From assembly GCA_964545935.1 (NCBI GenBank), contig CAZJIH010000001.1:10805-74804 (forward strand): a stretch of 64,000 nucleotides of DNA, written 5' to 3'. The notes beneath the pieces are model-generated. The model was not told where the DNA came from. It ran no database searches and was given only the letters and a program-made list of their open reading frames with translations. Source of the DNA: an uncultured Akkermansia sp. GTDB lineage: Bacteria > Verrucomicrobiota > Verrucomicrobiia > Verrucomicrobiales > Akkermansiaceae. A program made the translations under genes and the position numbers. This document shows, piece by piece, positions 30,408 to 39,376 of this stretch (the stretch's first letter is position 1; each line of letters opens with the position of its first letter).

Positions 30408-32714
30408 TTACAATAGCCGATTGTATAGAGAGAAGAGGTGAGTCATGCGTGAAGCTTCATCTAAGAATTTGCGACCGTAGGCGGCATCAACGGCGGAGTC
30501 TAGATCTTTGTGAGCAGAGCGGAGGTCGGATGGCATGCGGAGGGGTGTATAGAGATCGGCGAGGGTGCTGTTGGGATATTGCGCACGGGTGGTGAGGATG
30601 GTTTGGGCTCGGGCTTCGATTTGTGTGCGCTGGGCTTCCGTGGGACTCGGCCACGGGAAATTGTTGTAGACGATGCCTATGGAGTAGCTAATGCTCGTAC
30701 CGAGGTATCCGACAACAGTGCGCATCCATGCCATGTGCATGGCGGAGGTAAGCACTCCGAAGTGGTAGAGACCGGCATCAGAAACAAGTTTTACCCCATC
30801 GCTGCAAAGGATACTACCATCTAAAAACGCGATGGGAACGTATTCGCGACGTTCCGAGGAGACACCCGGAACGGCTATGTATGTCCCATGTGGCATATTT
30901 TCGATGTGGAATCGACGCGGATTGGAAGCTATGGCACGTGTCGGCGCACTTTTGCTCGCTTCACGAAATGCTTTTACACGTTCTATGCGTTCCATGCAAA
31001 GCGGCAGTTTTTTCAACTCTGAGGGCTCGGCTTCCCTCAGCCATAAACAGTAGCGTTCCTCACCGTGGAGCAGTTCATGTGCTCCCATCCATTGCCGAAA
31101 ATACGGAGCCGCATCCGGTTCCTTCTCTAAAAACGCTTCTTTTTCTTCCGATGTGAAAAGGTAGTTGCCGCCATCGATGGGTTTGTTCCCGGTTCCCATC
31201 TCCGGCACGTCACAAAGTGGCTTACCCCGCCTACCGATAAAAATGTTCGGCGCGTCAGCGAGATAGCCGTTGATGTGCGCGGCAGGATGGGATTCTCCGG
31301 CTTCATCAAAAATGGTACACTTGCTCGGTTTCCGTGCCGTCATGCCTACAATCACGCAGTGTACCGTCGCCACATCCCTTGCATCGTTTGTCCACCTGAA
31401 TGTGCGGTAGGCGAAGTCGATGTATATGCCGTGTTTTTCCATTATCGGACGCCACAGGAGCGCAACGGATTGACCCTGTACGATGGACTTGGTGGCGACC
31501 AACGCTGTGCGCGTGGCGGGGTCTGCCTGCATGAGTTGCGCAGCACGCAGGAACCAACAAGCAACGTAATCAAGATCACCGGCTCCGTGAACACCATGAA
31601 AGATACTTATGAGCTCAGCTTTCTGCTCCTTTCCCATCAACCGAGCTCCCACAAACGGAGGGTTGCTGATGATATAGTCGATGTGGTGCCCCGGCACGTT
31701 TTCCGTCCAGTCCACGGCGAGCGCATTGGCTTCCCGGATGTTATCGTAGCTCTCCGGCGGCAGAAAATCGGAGGGTTTCCGCGTCGTAAACTCCTGCATC
31801 TCGTTCCACATCTGCGCGGAAGCTATCCACAAGGCGGTCTTGGCGACAGCTACGGCAAAGTCGTTGATTTCGATGCCGTAGAATTGGTTGATGGAGACAT
31901 GCGCCCCGGGGGTGAGTTCGAGTTGACCATCGGCGAGGTGGTGCAGGGCTTCGTTTTCCAGACGTCGCAAGGAGATGAAGGTTTCGGTGAGAAAATTGCC
32001 GGAACCGCACGCCGGATCGAGGAAGGTAAGGGACGCCAGTTTCCTGCAAAATGCCTTTAATTTCCGCGCACGAGCAGTACCTGATTTTTCCTTCCGCGCG
32101 AGAATGCCGGCAAGCTCCGCATTCAGGTCGTCCAAGAACAGAGGATCAATCACCTTGTGAATGTTTTCCACGGAGGTATAGTGCATGCCACCCATGCGAC
32201 GCGTTTTCGGATTGATGGTGCTCTCAAAGAGTCCGCCGAAAATGGTGGGAGAGATGTCCGCCCAGTTGAACCCAGCGGCGGCTTCTTCTTCGATGAGCGT
32301 ACAGAGCTCAGCATCGAGCAAGGGGATCGAATCTTCCTCTACCTTGGCGAAGAGTCCCCCGTTGACATGCGGGAAGGCGAGGAGCGGCGTGTCAAACAGA
32401 TCGCGTTGCGCGGGCGGAAGATTGAGTGCTCGAAACAGTTTGAGCAGCTGAGATCGTTTCCCCTCTGGGTCAGATGCGTGGCGCAGATAATCCAAGAATT
32501 GTCCCTTGGCAAAGAGTCTCGCATCGTCCGCGTACAGACAAAACACCAGCCTCACGCAAAAGCGATTGAGCTGCTGCAACACCGCATCATCTATCGGCTG
32601 CCGACACCGCTCCAACAGCGTATTGTAGATTCTGCTGATACGCTCCCACGCTTGTACCGACACCACCCTCTCCCGCTCCGCCGATGCCGCATTACTGTTC
32701 TCATTCACCGCCAT
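30408..32714 (-). CDS. MmeI-like (type IIL/IIG) N6-adenine DNA methyltransferase lacking the N-terminal nuclease domain
   Basis: RLVFCLYADD, GMHYTSVENIHKVIDPLF, FLDPACGSGNFL, ISNPPF, VSSERREY, YNNFPWP. The protein begins at the helical spacer region. Confidence 0.85.
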   Translation of the reverse strand: MAVNENSNAASAERERVVSVQAWERISRIYNTLLERCRQPIDDAVLQQLNRFCVRLVFCLYADDARLFAKGQFLDYLRHASDPEGKRSQLLKLFRALNLPPAQRDLFDTPLLAFPHVNGGLFAKVEEDSIPLLDAELCTLIEEEAAAGFNWADISPTIFGGLFESTINPKTRRMGGMHYTSVENIHKVIDPLFLDDLNAELAGILARKEKSGTARARKLKAFCRKLASLTFLDPACGSGNFLTETFISLRRLENEALHHLADGQLELTPGAHVSINQFYGIEINDFAVAVAKTALWIASAQMWNEMQEFTTRKPSDFLPPESYDNIREANALAVDWTENVPGHHIDYIISNPPFVGARLMGKEQKAELISIFHGVHGAGDLDYVACWFLRAAQLMQADPATRTALVATKSIVQGQSVALLWRPIMEKHGIYIDFAYRTFRWTNDARDVATVHCVIVGMTARKPSKCTIFDEAGESHPAAHINGYLADAPNIFIGRRGKPLCDVPEMGTGNKPIDGGNYLFTSEEKEAFLEKEPDAAPYFRQWMGAHELLHGEERYCLWLREAEPSELKKLPLCMERIERVKAFREASKSAPTRAIASNPRRFHIENMPHGTYIAVPGVSSERREYVPIAFLDGSILCSDGVKLVSDAGLYHFGVLTSAMHMAWMRTVVGYLGTSISYSIGIVYNNFPWPSPTEAQRTQIEARAQTILTTRAQYPNSTLADLYTPLRMPSDLRSAHKDLDSAVDAAYGRKFLDEASRMTHLFSLYNRLL

Positions 32715-32822
32715 GGCAATACCCCAATATCGCACATTCCTGCCCAAAAGAAAAGCAAAAAATGCTCATGCAGCATCACCAACCTTCATAGAGAAAAATC
32801 TCAACGGAGACACCTGTCCTCT

Positions 32823-33130
32823 CAATCAAAAATCAACCAATCCAAAAGTCCCCATCCCCCCACTGAACCGCAGTCCTGCCGCAATGCCTGTCTCCCCTGC
32901 CACATTTACGATCTTAGATTTACGATTGACGATTGAAACAGTTAGCGCGCTCCGTTGCGCGTCCCTCCGCGGAGGGTTCCCCCCACCACATACGCTGCTC
33001 CTTGGCTTTGCATCGTAAAAAATCCTTGCGCAACGGCAGCGCCTAAAATTTCAATCAAAAATCTAAAATCAAAAATCTAAAATGCGGCGGGGAGGCGGGC
33101 ATTTGCGGAGGGACTGCGGTTCATCGGTGG
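32823..33130. repeat. Second cluster of the same composite repeat, in both orientations
   Basis: CTGAACCGCAGTCCTGCCGC at 32863, GCGCGCTCCGTTGCGCG at 32945, heptamers at 32904-32936, inverted heptamers at 33046-33083, inverted motif at 33105-33123. Confidence 0.85.
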
Positions 33131-33186
33131 GATTTTGCTTGACTTCTTTATGCAATTATGCAATCATATTGCGGATTTGCATTATT

Positions 33187-34407
33187 ATGAATATCATACC
33201 ACGCACAGCTGCTTCTAAAGTACTTAGTTTAAGCACACAATTTCCCTGTGTACTTGTAACTGGTGCTAGGCAGGTAGGCAAATCGACGCTACTTCGCAGT
33301 ATCATGCCGCAGGGGATGCGGTATATCACGATGGATGATTATCGGTTGGTGCAACAAGCTCAGGAAGATCCTATTGGGCTTTTAGAGGAGTATGGTACAC
33401 CGCTGTGCATCGAGGAAGTGCAGTATGCGCCCGAACTTTTTCGTGCCATCAAACTCAAAGTCGATGCTGACCGCCGCCCCGGCATGTATTGGTTGACTGG
33501 ATCTCAGCGTTTCCTAATGATGAAAGGTATCACAGAATCTCTGGCAGGTCGCGTCGGTATATTGGAATTGCAAACCCTTTCCCAACGTGAACTCCTCCGC
33601 AAGGGCGAATCTGCTGCGCCTGTTTCGGCTGACACATTTACCGGCAATTCGGATATAACTCTCTGCTGCGACATCCAGCAGCTCTACGAACGCATCCATA
33701 GGGGAGGCTACCCTGCCCTACATGAAAACCCTGCGCTCAATCTCAATGATTATTTTACTTCCTACTTACAAACTTATATTCAACGCGATGTGCATGCTCT
33801 CATTCAAATTAGCGATCACATCTCCTTTGCCCGATTCATTCAATCCGCCGCCGCACGTAGCGGTCAACAATTAATCTATGCCGACTTAGCACGAGACGCG
33901 GATGTGTCGCCTAACACCGCCAAAAATTGGATAAGCATTTTAGAAGCATCCGGTATTATCTCCCTGCTCCGTCCATACTACATCAATTGCTCTAAACGCC
34001 TAACTAAAAGTCCTAAACTCTATTTTTGCGATACCGGTCTCTGTGCTTGGTTAGGGGGTTGGACTGACCCGAATGTCCTCCGAAAAGGAGCTTTCGCCGG
34101 TTCAATCCTTGAAACTTGGGTCTTTAATCAACTCGCACGTAGTTATATTCACGCGGGACAACAACCGCCGATGTTTTACTATCGCGACAGCTCCGGTGCC
34201 GAAGTTGATTTTTTACTGTGCCGCAATGGTCACATCCTTCCCATCGAAGTTAAAAAAAGCGATAGTCCCTCTGCATCAGACCTCAACGCTATTTCCAAAA
34301 TCCCCGTCGGTACCGATACGATCGCCCCCGGAGTCGTCCTTTGCACTGCTCAATCATCCCTCCCACTAGGTTATGGTCACCGATCATTCCCGATTTCCGC
34401 TCTGTAA
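33187..34407 (+). CDS. AAA_14 ATPase with DUF4143 (PD-(D/E)xK-like) C-terminus
   Basis: TGARQVGKST, IEEVQYAP, LTGSQ, ESLAGR, KSPKLYFCDTG, YYRDSSGAEVDF...PIEVK. Start reassigned to 33187. Confidence 0.9.
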   Translation: MNIIPRTAASKVLSLSTQFPCVLVTGARQVGKSTLLRSIMPQGMRYITMDDYRLVQQAQEDPIGLLEEYGTPLCIEEVQYAPELFRAIKLKVDADRRPGMYWLTGSQRFLMMKGITESLAGRVGILELQTLSQRELLRKGESAAPVSADTFTGNSDITLCCDIQQLYERIHRGGYPALHENPALNLNDYFTSYLQTYIQRDVHALIQISDHISFARFIQSAAARSGQQLIYADLARDADVSPNTAKNWISILEASGIISLLRPYYINCSKRLTKSPKLYFCDTGLCAWLGGWTDPNVLRKGAFAGSILETWVFNQLARSYIHAGQQPPMFYYRDSSGAEVDFLLCRNGHILPIEVKKSDSPSASDLNAISKIPVGTDTIAPGVVLCTAQSSLPLGYGHRSFPISAL

Positions 34408-34419
34408 CCGACCGAACCA

Positions 34420-34439
34420 CTGAACCGCAGTCCTGCCGC
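34420..34439 (+). repeat. Further copy of repeat motif CTGAACCGCAGTCCTGCCGC
   Basis: Exact match to 32863-32882. Confidence 0.8.
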
Positions 34440-34515
34440 ATTTCTAGATCGTCGATCGGGATAAGGGCGCCCCCCAGCATGCCCCCAGTGCCTGCACAGG
34501 CAAGCTTGGGATCGC

Positions 34516-34587
34516 CTCCGGCGGTTGGGTTCGAACCAACGACCTAGTGATTAACAGTCACCCGCTCTTCCGCTGAGCTACGCCGGA
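34516..34587 (-). tRNA. tRNA-Asn(GTT)
   Basis: TCCGGCGTAGCTCAGCGGAAGAGC GGTGA-CTGTTAA-TCACT ... GGTTCGAACCC...CGCCGGAG; CCA not encoded; upstream TTGCGT-17-TAGAAT. Confidence 0.95.
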
Positions 34588-34762
34588 TTGTAAATGCTTT
34601 CCCCAAGCGGGGAAGCGCACGTATTCTACACCCATTTTCCTCTACACGCAAGCTTTTTTCCTCAAATTCTGAAAAAAATTCGTTCTTCGTATAATATTGA
34701 GGAATGACAAAGCGAACCATTTCTAAAGCCGGTAAAAAAAGCAGATACCCCCCAAAAAAAAT

Positions 34763-35014
34763 TTGAGCATGGAGGCGGAATCTCCTACCATGCCCGATGC
34801 TATGTATTTGAAGTATTTGCATTCTACCCGCGTAAGTTCGTCTTCTCAAGGAAGAATTTATCATGCTGTTTATCAAGAAGATAGAGAGCAGGTATGCTGT
34901 CCTCATTGTAAGTCAAACGAGTGTTCTGTGTGTTTAAATTTACTGGGGAAAGGTGTGAACGCCGAACTTACGGCTACCGCTGCTCCGCCAATTACCACTT
35001 CCGTATCCCCCTAG
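34763..35014 (+). pseudogene. Short zinc-ribbon ORF, possible ISL3 transposase remnant
   Basis: GRIYHAVYQEDREQVCCPHCKS resembles the ISL3 N-terminal zinc finger; no DDE domain follows. Confidence 0.25.
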
Positions 35015-35081
35015 AATGCGGTCATCTTTTCACCCTAAAATTCAAATTCCATACAATTTTGGATTGACCCCGGACATGAAA

Positions 35082-35156
35082 CGAAGCGGACGAGGGTTGA
35101 ACTCGCGACCTCAGCCGTGACAGGGCTGCGCTCTAACCAAACTGAGCTACCGCTCC
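35082..35156 (-). tRNA. tRNA-Asp(GTC)
   Basis: GGAGCGGTAGCTCAGTTTGGTTAGAGC CAGCC-CTGTCAC-GGCTG AGGTCGCGAGTTCAACCCTCGTCCGCTTCG; CCA not encoded. Confidence 0.95.
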
Positions 35157-35658
35157 GTTCACACCGCCTTGCAGCGGGTGCGAAGGTATTTTAGCATAGA
35201 ACGAACACCTTGGCAAGCTTTTTTTCATCTAAATGCAAAAAAAATTCAATTTTTTATCACATCCTTTGTAAACATCTAAAATTCAACTATCAAAGAATGC
35301 CAATTAAAATTCCGGGTACCGACGCCGGCGCACCATATCTATCCTAAGAGGAATGATGCCCTTGCGCTGAACGATGCCTCCGTCACAGAGAACTGCGAGG
35401 ATAATTGAGTACGAAGTCGATCAGTCCGGCACAAAATGATTGCGCGGATAGCAAAGTAGAAAGTAGCGCGGATGCTCAATTATGGTTCTGGCGAAATTGG
35501 TACTCCGATGGTATGTGAAACATGTAGCGACAACACAGATAGTTGCATTTCAGCATTTAGAATCAATTTTCTCGGGGCGAGTGTGAAAATTCTTACATTG
35601 TACGAAGATATCGGCTTGAAAAGTTAGTAAAGTCAGGTATAATGGGTCAGGAGAGAAT

Positions 35659-36336
35659 ATGATGAACGCAGTATATTTAGGAGAGATAGGCACCCGGGGA
35701 GACGTCGATATAGTAGATATCTTCGATAAGGGTGGTGTGTTGATGTGGCCACTTTTAGCACTGTCATTTATAGCGATTATGGTAATAGTTATCTGTTTAT
35801 GGTCGACACGGAAGAGTGCTATCCTACCCTTTTACCTGTTACCGGAAATGGAAAAATGCATAGCGAATAAGAAGTATCCGGAACTGAGTGACATGTGTGA
35901 ACGCACCGATTCCAGCTTTACACGCACGGTATCGACAATTCTCAGATTTATGCGGAGGAACCCGAGTGCTAAGATAGATGAAGTACGAGAAGTAGCTATA
36001 GCTGAAGGGTCGCGGCAAGCAAATATGCTAACACGTCAGATAAGTTGGCTTGCCGACATAGGAGGGATAGCCCCTATGATAGGATTACTCGGTACAGTTA
36101 TCGGCATGATGCGTACCTTTACCGAAGTCGCAGCCGGAAACTTTGAAGGGGTAAAGCAAATGCAGATGGCGAGCGGTGTATCGGAGGCTATGATTACGAC
36201 CGCCGGAGGTCTGATGTTGGCCATTCCATGTATGCTCTTTTACGTTATCTTCCGCAATCGCATACAAAAACATATCAATGATATGGATGCATCCCTCGCA
36301 CACATACTTTCTCTCTTATCCTCAAGAATGGACTAG
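35659..36336 (+). CDS. exbB: MotA/TolQ/ExbB proton channel protein
   Basis: GGVLMWPL, APMIGLLGTVIGM, GVSEAMITTAGGL; RBS AGGAG and TTGAAA...TATAAT upstream. Confidence 0.85.
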   Translation: MMNAVYLGEIGTRGDVDIVDIFDKGGVLMWPLLALSFIAIMVIVICLWSTRKSAILPFYLLPEMEKCIANKKYPELSDMCERTDSSFTRTVSTILRFMRRNPSAKIDEVREVAIAEGSRQANMLTRQISWLADIGGIAPMIGLLGTVIGMMRTFTEVAAGNFEGVKQMQMASGVSEAMITTAGGLMLAIPCMLFYVIFRNRIQKHINDMDASLAHILSLLSSRMD

Positions 36337-36407
36337 AAAGAAAACTTCGGTGATGTAGAACCGGAAGTACCCGCAGCAAGGATTAAACTCGGAAGGCAAT
36401 AAGTACC

Positions 36408-36854
36408 ATGAAATTAAATGTCAAAATGCCGGATACAATAGGGTTTCAATTGGCACCTATGTTGGACGTTGTTTTTTTGCTCCTCATCTTTTTTGTCGTT
36501 ACCCAGAAAATTATACTGAATGAACAGGACTTAAAAGTCAAGGTACCCACCGCACCTAAAACTACGGAAGAAACTTCACGCGCAATCGATGAAATTATCA
36601 TCAATGCCCGAGAAGAGAACGGTGAACTCGTTATTACTATCGATCGTGAAAAATTTACGCGTGAAGCTTTACTGGAAAAATTGAAACGCATGATAGCGCT
36701 CAATAAAGACCAACCTGTACGAATACGCGGGGATGCCGAGATGCGGTGGCAAAAAGTAGCAGACGTCATCTCTACCTGTTCTCAGGCAGGTGTCTGGAAT
36801 GTTTCTTTCTCCAAACAACTGCCGAATCAACAGCAATCACCCGGTAATCAATAA
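36408..36854 (+). CDS. exbD: Biopolymer transporter ExbD/TolR
   Basis: LAPMLDVVFLLLIFFVV, VRIRGD. Confidence 0.9.
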   Translation: MKLNVKMPDTIGFQLAPMLDVVFLLLIFFVVTQKIILNEQDLKVKVPTAPKTTEETSRAIDEIIINAREENGELVITIDREKFTREALLEKLKRMIALNKDQPVRIRGDAEMRWQKVADVISTCSQAGVWNVSFSKQLPNQQQSPGNQ

Positions 36855-36881
36855 TTTAACAAGGAATTCAACCTTTTATCC

Positions 36882-39371
36882 ATGTACCTAACAAATTGTA
36901 AAAAATTTTTCTTGGGACGAGTGTGGAGATACATCCCTATATGCCTGATAGCGAGTGCCGTGTTGAACGCGCAGCAGGCGAATAGATCCTTGATGGCTAA
37001 TCCTCAACAAAATGCGATGGATATAGCCTTAACCGTTTATAAACAGGCTACTATACAAAAAGACACAGAACAAAAACGTCGTGACTTCCTGAGTGCAGCC
37101 GAACTCTTTGAAAAATACGAGCGACAATACCCGAATGCAAAAGATAAACCGAAGGCACTCTACATGCGAGCTATCTGTCTGGAAGAAGCAGGTTACACAG
37201 CCGAAGCTAATCTCGTACTCGGACAACTTGCCAATACGATGCACGGCGAATTCAGCGCTTCGGCTGCATACAGTCTCGGTACACAGGCGTCAGACCAAGG
37301 TCTCTGGTCTAAGGCTGAAGGATACTACAAGTTAGTCGTCAAAGAATCACGTCGTAACAATTTGCGTCACGATGCCTTCTATCGTCAAGGTCTCGCAGCT
37401 CTAAAACAAAATAAACGGCGGGATGCCGAAAAAATATTCAGGCAATTACACGCTACAGAGGGGGTGCAAAGTAACATCGCTCAGGCAGCACTTCTGACAC
37501 TTGCGCAGATGCTGACCGAGGATCGGTGCGATGTAGAAGCGTACAAATTGTTTCGTGAATTGCTTGCCATAAAGAAGTTAGACAAAAACATACGAGGTAT
37601 AGCGACTTTACAGGCGGCGCGTCTGGCAAGTACATTGGAACGTTTTCAAGAAGCAGAAGAGCTTTATGCCCAAGTTTCCGGTAATCCGGACTTAGCTCAA
37701 TATACGGCTGAAGTACAATTGGATACACTGAGGAGATTGTACAAGAAAAAGGATTACGAAGGTATATTTAGACAGGTTACACAAAATTACCAACCACTTA
37801 ATGACCCGGATAAAGAATCTCAGCGAGCCTTGATTGTGGGGCAAGCGTACATGGAAGTCGGACAATACGATATGGCGGATCGCTGGTTTGAAAATGCCGA
37901 AGGGTACAAACGATGCGGTTTGAATGGTGCGGAAGCTGCATACCGACGCATCTTGTGCGCACAACGTATGCGAGCAACAAATATAGTCAGTCTAGCTCAA
38001 AAATTTTTGAGCACATACGCAATACAGGGTTCGCCGGCTGAGCAACTACCTATCTGCGATTCCGCACGCTTTATTTACGCGGATCAGGTAATGCCTTCAG
38101 ACCCGGATGAAGCAGCTCGCCAATTTGATGCAATTCGTATTGAAAATTTACCTGCTGCCATTCGCTCGGATGCCGAGTATAAAAAAGCATGGTCGTCCTT
38201 CCAAGGGAATACTTTCGATCCTGTACCTACGCTCAATCATTTTATTTCCACGTACAAAAAAGATACTCGTCTTCCGCATGCTTATGCTCTACGCGGCATG
38301 GCATACGCTAAGCAAAATAAAGTAACGGAAGCTTTGCGTGATTTTGATTATGTCATCGACCATTACCCGGAGTCAGATGCTGTACTAGTATGTTGGCAAA
38401 AAGCGGCTGAAGCATGTAAAGCGGACCCGGAACGTAGGGTGCGTTACTACGAAGGATTGCTTGCCTGTGGAGGAAAAGTTAAGCCTGCTGCCTGCGCCGA
38501 AGCACATTACAATATTGCATCTATCCTCTACGAAAAACAACCGGAAAAAGCTATACCCCATTTTCGTGAAGCAGCCAGCATCGATTCTCAGCGCTACGCT
38601 TCCTTAGTGGGTACCGCGCTTGTGCAGTGCTACTACAAAATGAAGGATGTCGATAATCTGAAGGTAGCGCTCGCTCAATTACAAAAGAGTAATCCTGCCT
38701 CTTATCGCGCTTTACCGGCCGGTATCCTGCTATGGTGTGGCTGGATGTGCAGTCAAAAAAAGGATTACCAACAAGCAGAAAGTTTATTGTCAGACGCTTT
38801 AACCCGTTTACCTCAAGAAAGTTATATAGCGGCGGACGGTTCGACTAAGTCGCGTCCTAAGGTAGAACCATCGACATGGCGGTTAACGGTCTGGAAAACA
38901 TTGGCACGCACCAGACTGGAGCTGGCACTTTATGAAAGTGGTTACGAAGCGGCTCAACAGTACGTGAGCATGGAAACACAGCCTTACAGAAAAGCGGACG
39001 GCATGCGCGATATGTCTCAGCTCTTGTTGGGACTTAAGAGGGTGAAAGAAGCTCGCAAGTGCTGTGAGGATGCTATAGCTTTAGGGGTCGACGGTCCGAT
39101 CAAGTCCTCCCTCTTTATTGCCTTGGGTGACACCTATTTCGTTGATCGTTCGTACGACGATGCAGCGCGATACTACGGTCGTGTAGCCAATATCGTGAGC
39201 GATGTCGAGCTGCGTCCTCTCGCGACATATAAGTTGGTTGTAGCATTGAATCAAGCGGGTAAAAAAGCGGAAGCTGAACAATACGAGAAAACTCTGAATC
39301 AGGATTTCCCGAGCTGGAAACCGAATGAAGCTTCCCTCCGCTTTATTCAGTCTCCCCCCGCTCAACGGTAG
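36882..39371 (+). CDS. Exported tetratricopeptide-repeat protein
   Basis: Signal peptide and many TPR-like helical repeats; follows exbBD. Confidence 0.8.
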   Translation: MYLTNCKKFFLGRVWRYIPICLIASAVLNAQQANRSLMANPQQNAMDIALTVYKQATIQKDTEQKRRDFLSAAELFEKYERQYPNAKDKPKALYMRAICLEEAGYTAEANLVLGQLANTMHGEFSASAAYSLGTQASDQGLWSKAEGYYKLVVKESRRNNLRHDAFYRQGLAALKQNKRRDAEKIFRQLHATEGVQSNIAQAALLTLAQMLTEDRCDVEAYKLFRELLAIKKLDKNIRGIATLQAARLASTLERFQEAEELYAQVSGNPDLAQYTAEVQLDTLRRLYKKKDYEGIFRQVTQNYQPLNDPDKESQRALIVGQAYMEVGQYDMADRWFENAEGYKRCGLNGAEAAYRRILCAQRMRATNIVSLAQKFLSTYAIQGSPAEQLPICDSARFIYADQVMPSDPDEAARQFDAIRIENLPAAIRSDAEYKKAWSSFQGNTFDPVPTLNHFISTYKKDTRLPHAYALRGMAYAKQNKVTEALRDFDYVIDHYPESDAVLVCWQKAAEACKADPERRVRYYEGLLACGGKVKPAACAEAHYNIASILYEKQPEKAIPHFREAASIDSQRYASLVGTALVQCYYKMKDVDNLKVALAQLQKSNPASYRALPAGILLWCGWMCSQKKDYQQAESLLSDALTRLPQESYIAADGSTKSRPKVEPSTWRLTVWKTLARTRLELALYESGYEAAQQYVSMETQPYRKADGMRDMSQLLLGLKRVKEARKCCEDAIALGVDGPIKSSLFIALGDTYFVDRSYDDAARYYGRVANIVSDVELRPLATYKLVVALNQAGKKAEAEQYEKTLNQDFPSWKPNEASLRFIQSPPAQR

Positions 39372-39376
39372 GTTAT

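Noticed and set aside
30045-34587. Integrative element inserted at tRNA-Asn
   Set aside because: No integrase and no duplicated tRNA 3' end found by eye.
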